In this document: positions 32,080 to 42,612 of the stretch, in pieces
Layout of the letters: every line of letters begins with the position of its first letter
Position numbering within the stretch: position 1 is the stretch's first letter
Assembly (NCBI GenBank): GCA_918797485.1
Contig: CAKKNE010000001.1
Span: 124,001-188,000 of the forward strand
DNA length: 64,000 bases
Origin: Pelagomonas calceolata
Taxonomy: Eukaryota
Direction: 5' to 3'
Made by a program: the position numbers and the translations under genes
Notes under the pieces: generated by a model
The model's database searches: none
Told to the model about the DNA's origin: nothing
What the model saw: only the letters and a program-made list of their open reading frames with translations

Positions 32080-32525
32080 TCATCTTAGTGCATTCGCCGC
32101 GTCCCGCAGCGCGGATGCCGCTCGGGCTAACGTGGCGCCGGCACCTTCATGAGTGTCGGCGTGGTCCTCGCGGCTCAGGAGCTCCGCGTATTGGTCGAAC
32201 GCCGCCGACGCGGCGTCGAACGACTCCGCCGCCGCGTGAGGGTCGTTTGCGAGGAACGCGTCCGCGGCGTCGTGCAAGTCTGCGTCCAATTCTATTGGTT
32301 CCAATGCACATGCCGCGAACGTGATGTCCGCTACGCAGTCGTCTCCCGCGACGAGCCGGTCGCCGGCTTGTTCGAGGCCGAGGCCCGCACTGCCGAAGAC
32401 AGTGGGGTTTTCTTCGGTCAGGCCCTGTTTGGACGAGTACCAATTCGGTAGCCTCTCGGCGCGTCGCTCGTGGCCGCGCCGGCGGCGCGGATCGCTTCGC
32501 CTGCCTCTACGAAGCGCGGCGCCAT
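32080..32525 (-). CDS. Hypothetical Ala-rich helical protein, frameshifted near its 5' end
   Basis: Coding-like ORF segment (LPNWYSSKQGL...AANALR); start uncertain. Confidence 0.4.
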
Positions 32526-33186
32526 CGCCGTGCAGAGCGGGAGTGTGACTGCCAAGGCTGTCTTCATTATTTCTATCGTTTCGGGCAGCTGTAGGCAGCA
32601 ATGCCCAGCAGGCTGGCAGTGTACGGCTTCCAGGGCGAGCTAGAGCAAACGCACGCTTGCGCAGCTTGACCACGACGTTGAGGAGAAAGCCTGGTCTTCA
32701 CGCTAGCAGCGCTAGCGGAGCAGGCGTGGTGTACGCCGCCGCAGAGCAGAGATTGGCAGAGCCATTTTGCCACACGCGAGTTTTCGCCATTCTCTGCCTT
32801 TGCACCCATCCACCTTTCCAAGCACGCCGTGGGGACGAATATTTCGCCTCTCTCGCTTGTTTTTCGGGCGGCGCCAGCGCCAGCTTAACCTGGAGGAGAG
32901 CCGCTGGCTGCTAAGTTTTTCGGCGCGTACGCCGCACCCCGACGTTGTCGCTGCCTTGGGGTACTTTGTACGGTCTCTGGAGGAGAGTGACCGGCCGTGG
33001 CCTGAGTTTCGCTGCGAACCGCTGGGCTGCCGCTTTGTCAAGGGCAGCCCTGGGTGCGCCGGTCTAGACAGCCACTACGTCGCTGCCCTAGTGGACCGCC
33101 GGGCGCGCCCAGCCGGAGCGTCGTAGAGGACAGCCGCCGGGCGCAAGCCGCGACGTAGAGGGCGGCTGCAAGCGACGTAGAACACC

Positions 33187-35302
33187 ATGGGCGGACCGCC
33201 GCGCGGCCCGCCACCCCGCGGGCCGCCCCCGAGGGGTCCGCCGCCTCGCGGACCTCCTCCGAGGGGCGCGCCACCGCAAAGACCAGTGTAGAAAAAAAAA
33301 ATCCCGTATCTTCGTGCTGAATCGTCGCGTCGACCTCCGGACTTCGTGATTACTGGTTGATTTCCACAGGCGAGGACCGCCTCCCCGAGGTCCAGGTGGC
33401 AAGGGCCGCGGCCCGCCGCCGCGAGGCCCTCCGCCGAGAGGTCCGCCGCCCGGCGCGCCGAGAGGCGCACCGCCCCGCGGGCCGCCGCCTAGAGGTGTAC
33501 CAAGAGGTCCGCCACCGCACAGCGCTGTGTAGAAATCAGATTTTGCGGCTTCTCCACGCCATGGACGCGACACCCGACTCACTGGTTGATTTCCCCACAG
33601 GCGCGGCGCGCCACCGCGAGGTCCGCCGCCCGGAGCGCCGCGCGGAGCGCCTCCGAGGGGTGCCCCGCCTCGCGGACCTCCTCCGAGGGGTCCGCCGCCG
33701 CGAGGACCGCCTCCGCCGCCGCAATCGGGCGGCGGGGCTCCGCAGGTCCCGGGCGCGCCCGATTTGCCCAAATTTGGCCAGCTCCAGGTGCTGACTCGGC
33801 GTGAAAAATGAACTTGAACTTGACGTGGTCGCATCGACGTCGTCGACGCAGCCGCACGAGAGTCTACGCGTCTCGTGAGGGAGCCGCGGCAGTTTCGTGA
33901 CAGTGTCGTTCCCGCGCACAGGTCCACGTCGTGCGAGGCTCCTCATTAAAGGCCGGCCAGTCCATGTACGGCCGCGCGGACCCCTACGCCAAGCTCACGC
34001 TGGGCAATCAAGTGTTTGCGACGAACCCGCACGCGAACGGCGGGAAGGACCCCGTTTGGAATGCCGACCACACGTTCGAGATCTCGACGGAAAAAGAACT
34101 CCTCTTAGAAGTCTTCGACAAGGAGCAGGTGGGCAACGACAAGTTCATGGGCCACGCCCGCGTTTCCATAGTAGATTGGATCGCGGCCGGTACCTTTACC
34201 GGAGATGTGGACGTCACGGATATGTCCGACCGACCCGTCGGTAAGGTCAACCTCAAAGCGACGTTCTTCCGACCGGGCGAGGGCGGAGAATTGGTGGCGC
34301 AAGGCGCGACGAAAGAGTCTACAGATTTAGTTCAAATGAGCAACGAAGCCGGAGCCGCGAAAGATGTCGGAGCGGCCCAGGCCGGACCGGCGCGCGACCC
34401 GAACGGCAAGTTCACGGACGAGGAGATCTGGGAGGCGTTTACCGCGTTCGACCTCGACAAAAACAACTTCGTCGGGGCCGCGGAAATTAGGCACGTGCTC
34501 ATTAATATAGGAGAACAAGTGACAGATGAAGAAGTGGACGAGATGATTCGGATGATCGACTCGGATGGCGACGGGCAGGTCAGTTTTACGGAGTTCTTCG
34601 AGATGGTCACTGGCGGCCGCCAGCCGCCCGCCGGACTTGGTGGCGGTGGCCGCATGGGCGCGCCCGGCGCTTCCGCATCGGCGGCACCACCAACAGGACA
34701 AAGTGTGGTGGCTGCGCGCAACGCCAAGAAGGCGGCATTGGACGAATTCGCGCGCGACAACAACCTGAAGCCCGAGAGTATCAAAAAGGCCTACAAGCGC
34801 TTCCAGGCCACGGATAAAGATAAGAGCGGCATGATCGACTACACGGAGTTCTGCGAGGTGCTGCAGTGCGACCCGTCGCCGCAGGGCGAGCGGCTGTTCC
34901 AATTGTTCGACTACGAGAAATCGGGGCAGATCGACGTCCGCGAGTTCATGATCGCGCTGTCGAACTTCACGGGCGCGGGCAAGGACGACAAGCTCAAGTT
35001 CGCCTTCATGATCTTCGTTTGACTCCAGCGTCCTTGATTCTTCGCGTCGACGTCGTCCGCCGTCACGCAATCGCCCCGCGCAGGACGAAGACGGAAACGG
35101 CGTCATCACGAAGGGCGAACTGACGCGCATCCTGCGGGCGAACCACATGGCGTCGTGCGACGCCGAGGTCGCGCGCAAGGCGGACACGATCATGCAGCAG
35201 GCCGATAAAGACGGCGACGGCGTCGTGACCTTCGACGAGTTCGTCATCGTGAGCAAGAAGTTCCCGAACATCCTGTTCCCGGCCTACAGCTCGTCTAAGT
35301 AG
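33187..35302 (+). CDS. Ca2+-binding protein: N-terminal (GPPPR)n repeats, C2 domain, about six EF-hands; exons 33187-33275, 33370-33516, 33601-33787, 33922-35016, 35084-35302
   Basis: All four splices keep frame. C2: GQLQ|VHVVRG...ADPY...DPVWN...EVFDKE...DKFMG. EF loops: [72 protein letters not shown]. Confidence 0.88.
33276..33369 (+). mobile_element. GC-AG intron, introner-like family B
   Basis: GCAAAGACCAGTGTAGAAA...ACTGGTTGATTTCCACAG; removal restores the GAPPRGPPP repeat. Confidence 0.72.
33517..33600 (+). mobile_element. GC-AG intron, introner-like family B
   Basis: GCACAGCGCTGTGTAGAAA...ACTGGTTGATTTCCCCACAG; same termini and same CCACC|G insertion context as 33276-33369. Confidence 0.72.
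33788..33921 (+). mobile_element. GT-AG intron, introner-like family A
   Basis: First ~49 nt and last ~40 nt nearly identical to the intron at 41798-41940 in an unrelated gene; CAG|GT at both junctions. Confidence 0.85.
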
Positions 35303-35326
35303 CGGGGTTTGCTTATAGTTAGTACA

Positions 35327-36337
35327 TTAGTCCGACGCGGAGCCCGAGTCCGAGTCCGAGTCCGAGACCACCTCCTCGCCGTCCGAGTCCAACTCCAGGC
35401 CGGCAGCCTCGAGCTTCTCCCGGAAGAACGCCATGAAGCGCCCGTGGACCTCTGGCGTCTGGTCGGCCTGGTGCAAGGCTCGTCGCTTTACGACATGGAG
35501 CAGCGGCTCGGGATAGGGCCAGGGGCAATCGTCGTCTTGGGGATAGGACCGGCCCATTCTCAGGTACCCGCGATGCGACAGGAGCACGTCGCACCCCTGC
35601 TCAATGAGGGACGTCGCGAGCTCGTAATGGGCGTCGGTGGGACCACCAAGCTGACAGGGGTGCGCCGTCAGGCACCAGCAGAGGGGCGTCGGGCCACGGC
35701 TTTCGTAGTAGGGCTGGCAACGGGCATCCATGTCGTTGCCCGCCCCGATAAGTAGTCGGGCAAGGTCGCTGGCCAGCGCGATAGGAGGGGCGTACGCCGC
35801 CAGGTAGTGGAGCGGCGTGTATCCGCCCGCGTTCTGCGCGTCGAGATCCGCGCCGTATGCGATCATCATCTTGCACCACCCCGTCGCGAAGAAGACGCCC
35901 ACTTCTTCGAAATAAAAGACCGAATCCGTGTTGCCCGGCTCGCGCTCCGAGAATTCCCATCTCAAGTCTTCTTCGCGTTCCGGGAAATCGGGGTGGTCCT
36001 GGTCCTTGTCTCGGTCCGCCCAGCGCAATAAGTTCTCCCGGCAGAGCGCCCGCCCGGCGGCCGCGCGGGACGCGAGCCAACGATCGTCCGTGTACTCCCG
36101 GTACCTCGTCCGCAGGATTTGCTCCGCCTCTTTGATGGTGACGCCGATGCCGCCGAAGCGCGATCGCTCGGCCGCGTCAGTGCCCTTGCGTAGGGCGGTC
36201 CGCGCCTCGACGTTTTGCCCGGCGGCGACGACGAGTCCCGGCGAGACGCTGGTCGAGGCGATTTTACGCAGAATCTCGGCCGGGAGCCGCAGCAGCGGAG
36301 CCGTAGCAACGCGTCGCGCGCGGCGCGTTTGCACCAT
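35327..36337 (-). CDS. F-box-like + ankyrin-repeat protein (tandem paralog 1)
   Basis: LLRLPAEILRKIAS; IAYGADLDAQNAGGYTPLHYLA; GPTPLCW. Confidence 0.75.
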   Translation of the reverse strand: MVQTRRARRVATAPLLRLPAEILRKIASTSVSPGLVVAAGQNVEARTALRKGTDAAERSRFGGIGVTIKEAEQILRTRYREYTDDRWLASRAAAGRALCRENLLRWADRDKDQDHPDFPEREEDLRWEFSEREPGNTDSVFYFEEVGVFFATGWCKMMIAYGADLDAQNAGGYTPLHYLAAYAPPIALASDLARLLIGAGNDMDARCQPYYESRGPTPLCWCLTAHPCQLGGPTDAHYELATSLIEQGCDVLLSHRGYLRMGRSYPQDDDCPWPYPEPLLHVVKRRALHQADQTPEVHGRFMAFFREKLEAAGLELDSDGEEVVSDSDSDSGSASD

Positions 36338-36518
36338 GATTTAAGAGCACTGTGATTTACTGGTTTAGACTGGCTATGAATTTGGGCTATTAGTGATGCC
36401 CAACGCTCCCGTTTTCGACGCAGCGCTGGTCGCGTTGCGTGAAGTGAGATACGTCGCTGCTGTGCCTGGATTTATAGTGACGCAGCGCCGCGTTACAAAA
36501 GGGGCAAAGACCAGGCGA

Positions 36519-36539
36519 GCTAGCGTACAACGGCACTAG
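36519..36539. promoter_or_regulatory. CTAG-dyad intergenic motif (degenerate)
   Basis: GCTAGCGTACAACGGCACTAG upstream of 36337. Confidence 0.5.
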
Positions 36540-36568
36540 GGCGTAGCGGGTTGCTTATAGTTAGTACA

Positions 36569-37406
36569 TTAGTAGTCCGAGTACGCGTCAGAATCAAAGC
36601 CTGAGTGCATGCCCACAGCATCGGGGCCAAATTGAGTGGGGAGGCTCCGCGCCGCATCAGCCGCCGCTTGGCGACGCGCTGGCTCTGCGGTTTCGAGCGA
36701 AAGGCTGATAGATTCCATGAGGCGTGTCTTCGCAGGCGTTGTGGGGTGGTCATCCAAGGCCGCGAGTAGAGATTCGTGTTCGCTCTGATGGGCGAAGTCG
36801 GCGTCGGCCTGGACGATGTCGCAGCCTTGCTCGATCAAAAAGCTCGCCAACGCGTAACTTCGTTCGGTCCCGCTCCCGCAATCTATAGACCAGGTCAACG
36901 GCGACAAGCCCGCGCTATTTGGAGCTCTGCAGCGGGCGCCGAGGTCGGCCGGCCCCGGCGGCGATCAAGAATGAAGCGAGCCGCGGCGGATTCCTCGCCT
37001 CGTGGGCCGTGTGCAGGAGCGTATATCCGATCCCCGGGTGCGTTGCGTTGACGTCCGCGCCGTACGCGATTAAGGCTATGGCGAGCTCGTCGTCCGGATA
37101 GGGAATTGCCTTCAGGAGCGCCGAGCCGGCCGCCCGTCGCGTCTCGAGGTGCTTGGCCTCTACGGGCCCGTCAAGCATGTAGGGACCGCGAAGGCGGTGC
37201 TCCGCCTCTTTGATGGTGAGCCCGATGCCGCCGAACCGGGACCGCTCGGCCGCGTCGGTGCCCTTGCGCAGCGCCGTCCGCGCCTCCAGGTTCTTGCCGG
37301 CCGCGACGACAAGACCAGGCGCGACAACGTGGGAGGCAATTTTAAGGAGCATATCGCTCGGCAGGCGTAAAAGCATGGCCGCGTGAGCCCGCTGCGTGCG
37401 CACCAT
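36569..37406 (-). CDS. F-box-like + ankyrin-repeat protein (tandem paralog 2), frameshifted near 36910-36955
   Basis: Shares PGLVVAAGxNxEARTALRKGTDAAERSRFGGIGxTIKEAE and IEQGCD with paralog 1, plus the 3' flank TTGCTTATAGTTAGTACATTAGT. Confidence 0.7.
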
Positions 37407-37541
37407 CCTGCGGCTCACTACGCACTCAGCGGTGCCCCTGGCGCCCAATGGCAGCGCTGCGGTGTTTTTTAGAGCACCGGTCTTGGCTTTCTACGCCCAG
37501 CGGTGCGCCTGCGCTGAGCACCTGGCTGAGAGCAGGATTTA

Positions 37542-37562
37542 GCTAGTATCGTTATACGCTAG
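37542..37562. promoter_or_regulatory. CTAG-dyad intergenic motif
   Basis: GCTAGTATCGTTATACGCTAG between divergent genes. Confidence 0.55.
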
Positions 37563-37759
37563 TTCAAATCCTCAGACTAAAGCCTTTTTATCTGCCGGCA
37601 ATCGACACCACATCTGGCGCCAGCTCGCGCAGTCCAAACAGCCCATATATTACCAGCGCGCGCTTTAGCTTTCGCCGCGCCCGTGCCCGCAGCGCCAAAA
37701 AGCGCGCCAGTGACCAAAAGCCGCCAATCGAGCACGCCGTCGACGCGACAGCAGCAACC

Positions 37760-38731
37760 ATGAGCGGCCGCACGCAGCTCTGGGTCGAGAAGTACCGCCC
37801 CACGCGCATCGACGACCTCGCGTCGCAAGAAGAAGTGACCAAAACCCTGAGGGGCGCCATCGCCCAGGGCCAGCTGCCTCATTTGCTGATGTACGGCCCG
37901 CCGGGCACGGGCAAGACCTCCACCATCTTAGCCGTAGCGAGAACCTTGTACCACCCCTCCGTACTGAAGGATCGCGTGCTGGAGATGAACGCCTCGGACG
38001 AGCGCGGCATAAAAATCGTGCGAGACAAAATTAAGAACTTCGCCTCCCACAGTGTGAGTTCGCAAAAGTTTGATGGGTATCCCTCACCTCCTTTCAAGAT
38101 CATCATTCTCGACGAGTGCGACAGCATGACGAAGGACGCGCAAGGCGCCCTACGGCGTACCATGGAGGTCTACTCGTCGACGACGCGCTTCTGCCTGATC
38201 TGTAATTATGTGAGTCGCATCATCGAGCCCCTGGTGTCGCGTTGTGCTAAATTAAGGTTCTCACCTTTAGGAAGAGACGCGATGCAGAAGCGTCTGCTCG
38301 ATATCGCTTCGGCGCAAGACGTGAATTATGATGCGACAATCTATGATCAGATCCTAGATCGTTCAGGAGGCGACATGAGAAGAGCTGTGACGTTACTACA
38401 GTCGTGCCACACGTTCTACGGCGACAAGACGCCGAACGTCGAGGAATTAAGTGGTGGTGTCCCGGCCTCCTTAATAGAGCCGCTCTGGACCGCCGTCAAG
38501 GCGAACAACCTGACGGAGATGTCGCGGTTGATCGATTCCTTGACCCTGGAAGGCTATTCGGCCGCGACGTGCTTCTCCGAACTGCACGACATCGTCCTCA
38601 AAGACGCGGCGGTCACGGACGCGCAGAAGGCGACCTTCTTCGAGGCCGTCGCGGCCGCGGACAAGTGCCTCGCCGACGGCGCGAACGACCACCTCCAGCT
38701 GCAGACGGTCTGCGCGGTGCTCTGCCACTGA
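37760..38731 (+). CDS. RFC4: Replication factor C small subunit (human RFC4 / yeast Rfc2 type)
   Basis: LWVEKYRP, GPPGTGKT, MNASDERGI, PPFKIIILDECDSMT.DAQ.ALRRTME, SRIIEPLVSRC. Confidence 0.93.
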   Translation: MSGRTQLWVEKYRPTRIDDLASQEEVTKTLRGAIAQGQLPHLLMYGPPGTGKTSTILAVARTLYHPSVLKDRVLEMNASDERGIKIVRDKIKNFASHSVSSQKFDGYPSPPFKIIILDECDSMTKDAQGALRRTMEVYSSTTRFCLICNYVSRIIEPLVSRCAKLRFSPLGRDAMQKRLLDIASAQDVNYDATIYDQILDRSGGDMRRAVTLLQSCHTFYGDKTPNVEELSGGVPASLIEPLWTAVKANNLTEMSRLIDSLTLEGYSAATCFSELHDIVLKDAAVTDAQKATFFEAVAAADKCLADGANDHLQLQTVCAVLCH

Positions 38732-38757
38732 GTCGCGTAGGTAGGGTACATACATTC

Positions 38758-40038
38758 TTACGCCAGCGGATTCCAGTACTGCAGGACCCTCCAGACGAGC
38801 TCTCTGGGCGTCTGAGGCGCCATCAGCCATTCGATATGGCGCATCGCGGCGACGGACAGGGGCCGCTGCTTGTAGCTTTGGCGCGGGGGCGGGATGATGC
38901 GGCCGGTCGGTGCCGGCTCCGGCTTTGTCTGCGCGAGGGCGTCTAGGACGCCCGCGCGCGTCGTGCAGTCGAACTTGCGTCCGGTCCACGGGGAGCATCG
39001 GGTCGGGGCCCCTGTCGCCGCGGCCGTAGGACCGCCAGCCCGAGCCGGCGTTCTGTCGCTGCTCGCGGCGGTCGACGGCAGCCGCTTTAGCCTCGACGTG
39101 GCTCTGTTACCTCCGACGAGCGATCTGAGCCGCAGGAGTTCGAGCCGCGGGGCCAGGAGGTACTGGCGCCAGGGCGTCAGGCGTGACGACGCCGACGGAT
39201 ACATGCTCGCTCGCACCGCCCGCGCCACCTCCAAGCATTCATTCAAGCTGTCGAGCGTCTTCGGATGAGCTTGAAACGGCATGCCCGGCCGTATGCCCGT
39301 CGGGACTTCCACAGCATAAACCTCGCCGTCGCTGTCCTCGATGAGGAACCGCTGGCCCGGTTCTACCCCAGGCGGGCAGATGTGGCTGAGGCGCGGTGCG
39401 TCCTCCGCATCCTCGCCCGCGTATTCCGATCGCATGAGCTCCATGATCGCGTCCTCGAGGCCTCGCGCGGTGGGGTCGCCAGCGCCCTCGGCAAGATGGA
39501 AGAAGTCAATGGCCGCGCCGGCGCGCAGCAGTTCCAACATGCACGCGTACATGTCTTCCTGCACTTCGCCGGTCGTGCGATCGTCGCTATCACCATGCGC
39601 GAGTTCCAGAAGAAAATCGTTGAACAGCATCGAGAGCGGAGGGATGAGAAAATCGTGGACAGAGGGGGTGGAGAGCGGGGAGAGGAGGAACGGCGCGTTC
39701 ACGTCCGCGCCCGCCCGCACTAAGTCGCGGACCGCCCCGGTCAACGCCCGGCTGCACGCCATGTGGAGCGGCGTGGGCCCCGTGCCGCGCGGGCGATGCC
39801 GGACGTCCGCGCCCCGGGCCACCAGGTAGCTCACCATCGCCTCCGCGCTTTCGCCGTCGTGCCCGGGCATGGGGTACTGGAGCGCCGAAAACAACAAGCC
39901 GCAGCCTCGGACCCGCGGGTCATCAGCCGCCGCAGCCACGTCGTTGACGTCGTGCGCCGCGTCGGCGTCGAGCCATTTTGATACGATGTCGACGTAGCCG
40001 GCCCTCGCGGCGACCCGTATCTTGTCGGGGAGCACCAT
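38758..40038 (-). CDS. Ankyrin-repeat protein containing a CPPG..PGQ...VP.G.RPG module
   Basis: AARAGYVDIVSKWL, GPTPLHMAC...LVRAGADVN; HICPPGVEPGQRFLIEDSDGEVYAVEVPTGIRPGMPFQAH. Confidence 0.75.
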   Translation of the reverse strand: MVLPDKIRVAARAGYVDIVSKWLDADAAHDVNDVAAAADDPRVRGCGLLFSALQYPMPGHDGESAEAMVSYLVARGADVRHRPRGTGPTPLHMACSRALTGAVRDLVRAGADVNAPFLLSPLSTPSVHDFLIPPLSMLFNDFLLELAHGDSDDRTTGEVQEDMYACMLELLRAGAAIDFFHLAEGAGDPTARGLEDAIMELMRSEYAGEDAEDAPRLSHICPPGVEPGQRFLIEDSDGEVYAVEVPTGIRPGMPFQAHPKTLDSLNECLEVARAVRASMYPSASSRLTPWRQYLLAPRLELLRLRSLVGGNRATSRLKRLPSTAASSDRTPARAGGPTAAATGAPTRCSPWTGRKFDCTTRAGVLDALAQTKPEPAPTGRIIPPPRQSYKQRPLSVAAMRHIEWLMAPQTPRELVWRVLQYWNPLA

Positions 40039-40450
40039 TGTGCCAGTGGCAGAAGCTGGAAGCTCCAGTGGTAGCCTCAAAGCAGCGCCAGGTTTCGATG
40101 TGTCAATGGGCAGAAGGGGCAGCGGCGTCGAATGGGCAGCGGCGTCGACGTCGAAGAAGTCGAAGCGGCGTCGCGGGGCGTCGAGGCGATCACGGATTCG
40201 GCTCTCCGCCGCGGGCTAGTAGCTTTTACTGTGCTCGGAGATGAGTTCATCGAAGATGCCATTATTGCTTGCTTGCTCGCCCGTCGCACGGACCCGTGAA
40301 GGGCGTGCTAACCAGAACCCCCCTAGGGGAGGGCGGGTGGGTGCTCGAAAATCGGGCACGGCGGCGGTGTACTGGGTATCGATCGACAGGGCTCCGACGA
40401 ACGAAAAAAATATGAACACTCAAATTTTAGGTCGTGCGCTATCCCGCGCA

Positions 40451-42612
40451 TCAGACCATCGTGGACGACTCGTAGAGCACGCGCATCTCCCGCTCGCGCT
40501 CTTCCCGCTTCAGTCGTCTTTCTTGAAGAATCGCCACGGCCCGAGCCTTGTCCTCGGCGATGGCGTCGACGACGAGCGGCGCGAACTTCTTGCCGCCGAA
40601 CTGGCGCTGCTCGCGGATGAGCTGTTTATGAGTAATTTCGAGCTCCTTGTTGCAGAAGCGCTTGCCTCGCTTCAGGAGTTCTGAGCAGGTATCTCGCACG
40701 AAGGCTTCGGCCTCGGCTGCTGACTGGATCGGTGCTTCGAGGGACGTCGTTTCCGTCTTCGCCGCTTGTGCGCGATCCCACCGCGCGGCATGGAGAAAAA
40801 ACGCTGATAATGCGTCCGGTTGTCTGTTTGTGAGCCACTTGACGGTCGGTTTTAATCGGGTTTCGTACCTATTTGCCACTCCGCCACCTAGCACTCGAGA
40901 GACTAAGTCGTCAACGGCAGAAAACCTTTCGGTCAACACCTCGTCCCCAAACGCCAGCAACGAGTTCCACACTTCCACCACGTTGTCCGCCCCCTCCCAG
41001 CGCATGATGCTCTCAATCCCGAACTGCTCGATCAGTCTCGCGATGCGCGCCGTCCGCCACGCCTCGACCTTGCGCTGCTCGGCCCTTCGCATCTTCGAGT
41101 ACTTGATCAAGACATACTCCCGCCCGCCCGGATCGACCGGGTTGTACATGTAGTCCAGCGTCAGAAAGGCCACGACCGTGTGCATGCCGTTGACGAGTGA
41201 AAATTTTCTCTCTGAGAGATAATCGGCATGTCTCAAACTTTCTGGTAGGGTAGCTACTGACGGCGCGAAGGGGACGTAGCGCGGGTCGAATCCTGGTTCT
41301 AACACCACTATGGATCCTGGCCACGGTTCTGCATCAATTTCAACACCTTGCGGGCCGATCCTCCTACCGGTACACACCCTATCCACCATGCAGTCCACGA
41401 CGCGGACTCTTGTCCTCAACTCCCTCTTCAGACGAGCCACAGACTCGTGGTCGTTCTCGGCGCAGTAGAGTACGGGCCTCGGGTCCTTTTCTGGGGAGAG
41501 GTCTCCAGAGTAGACGCGATCCGTGGCACTCTCGTAGGACGGGTCGAACTGTCGTCGTTTCCGTAGTTTCCTAGATCGCAGCTGTTCCTTTCTTGTCTCG
41601 ATGGCCACATCTGTCTCCGACACTACTTCCGGTAATGCACTTAACGTAGAAGTCATCACCCTTCGCATGGCCGCACCCAGCGAGCAGGAGAAGGACGTCG
41701 CTCGCGACAGGAGGGATGCTAGATCTTCCGAAGAAGCTCCAAAGACCAATGACGTGGCCGGGACCGTCTCCGGGGGTCGTTCGTGCGCTGCCAGTACCTG
41801 CGCGGGAACGACGCCGTCGCGAAACTGCCGCGGCTCCCTCATGCGGCCGCGTCGACGGCGTCGAGGCGGCGCAGCATCGCGTCGACGCCATCGATGCGAC
41901 CACGTCAAGTTCAAGGTCATTTTTCACGCCGAGTCAGCACCTGAGCGCCCTTCATCTTCACCTCGCCGTTCACGCTCACGTCGATCTCTTCGGAGTTGGC
42001 AAACAACTGCTCCCATCTAGGTTTTGGTCTCTGTACTACCGCGAAGGGGACGCCCGACGCCGCGATCGCGGGCACGACGAGTCCCAGACCCAAGCGCCCC
42101 GCGCCAAAATGAACATGAAATCTAGCCGCTTTCGCCGAGGGGATCGAGGCAGTCTCCTCCTCGCCGCGCGCGGCCTTGATCTTCTCGAGGACGTCCGGCC
42201 CGTAGGCCTTGTCCACAATTTCGTCACTGACTTCACAAACGTCGTCGGCGAGGCACGTCTCGTAGTCCGCCAAACTGAAGAGAGTCTCGCCGTCCGCGCC
42301 CGAGTTCGGCACGGCGAACAGCAGATCAGAATTGTCCTTGCCGCGTCGCGGGGGCACGAGGCCCTTTTCTATTAATTCAGCTTCGCTTTCGCAGACGCAC
42401 TCCTCGATGTGCTCGCCGGCCTCGTCCAAGTAACACACTTCGAAGACTCTATCCTCAGATATAGGATTCCAGGGGTCGACGTCGCTGCCCGTCCATTCGT
42501 TTGTCGCGCGCCGCGCCGACGGCGTGCGCAGCGCTAGTCGTCGGTGGCGGGCCAGCGGCGCGGTGTAGGCCGCGGCGCCGACGGCGCCGAGGGCGCAGCA
42601 GAGCTTGAGCAT
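40451..42612 (-). CDS. Mannitol-1-phosphate dehydrogenase-like (MtlD family); intron 41798-41940; bipartite leader
   Basis: HFGAGRLGLGLV (Rossmann), YCAEND, DCMVDRVC, ERKFSLVNGMHT; exons 224 and 449 codons in frame. Confidence 0.85.
41798..41940 (-). mobile_element. GT-AG intron, introner-like family A
   Basis: GTGCTGACTCGGCGTGAAAAATGACCTTGAACTTGACGTGGTCGCATCGA...GAGGGAGCCGCGGCAGTTTCGCGACGGCGTCGTTCCCGCGCAG. Confidence 0.85.

Noticed and set aside
32767..33126. 119-aa plus-strand ORF upstream of the C2/EF gene
   Set aside because: No ATG start, no recognisable motif, and it lies in a presumed divergent promoter/5' UTR; insufficient support.
33187..33730. Regular ~15-bp repeats as a CRISPR array or satellite
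   Set aside because: They are coding GPPPR repeats with synonymous variation. There are no unique spacers or cas genes, and the context is eukaryotic.
35341..35365. (CCGAGT)n hexamer repeat as a telomeric or microsatellite element
   Set aside because: It encodes the SDSDSDSG tail of the minus-strand ankyrin protein.
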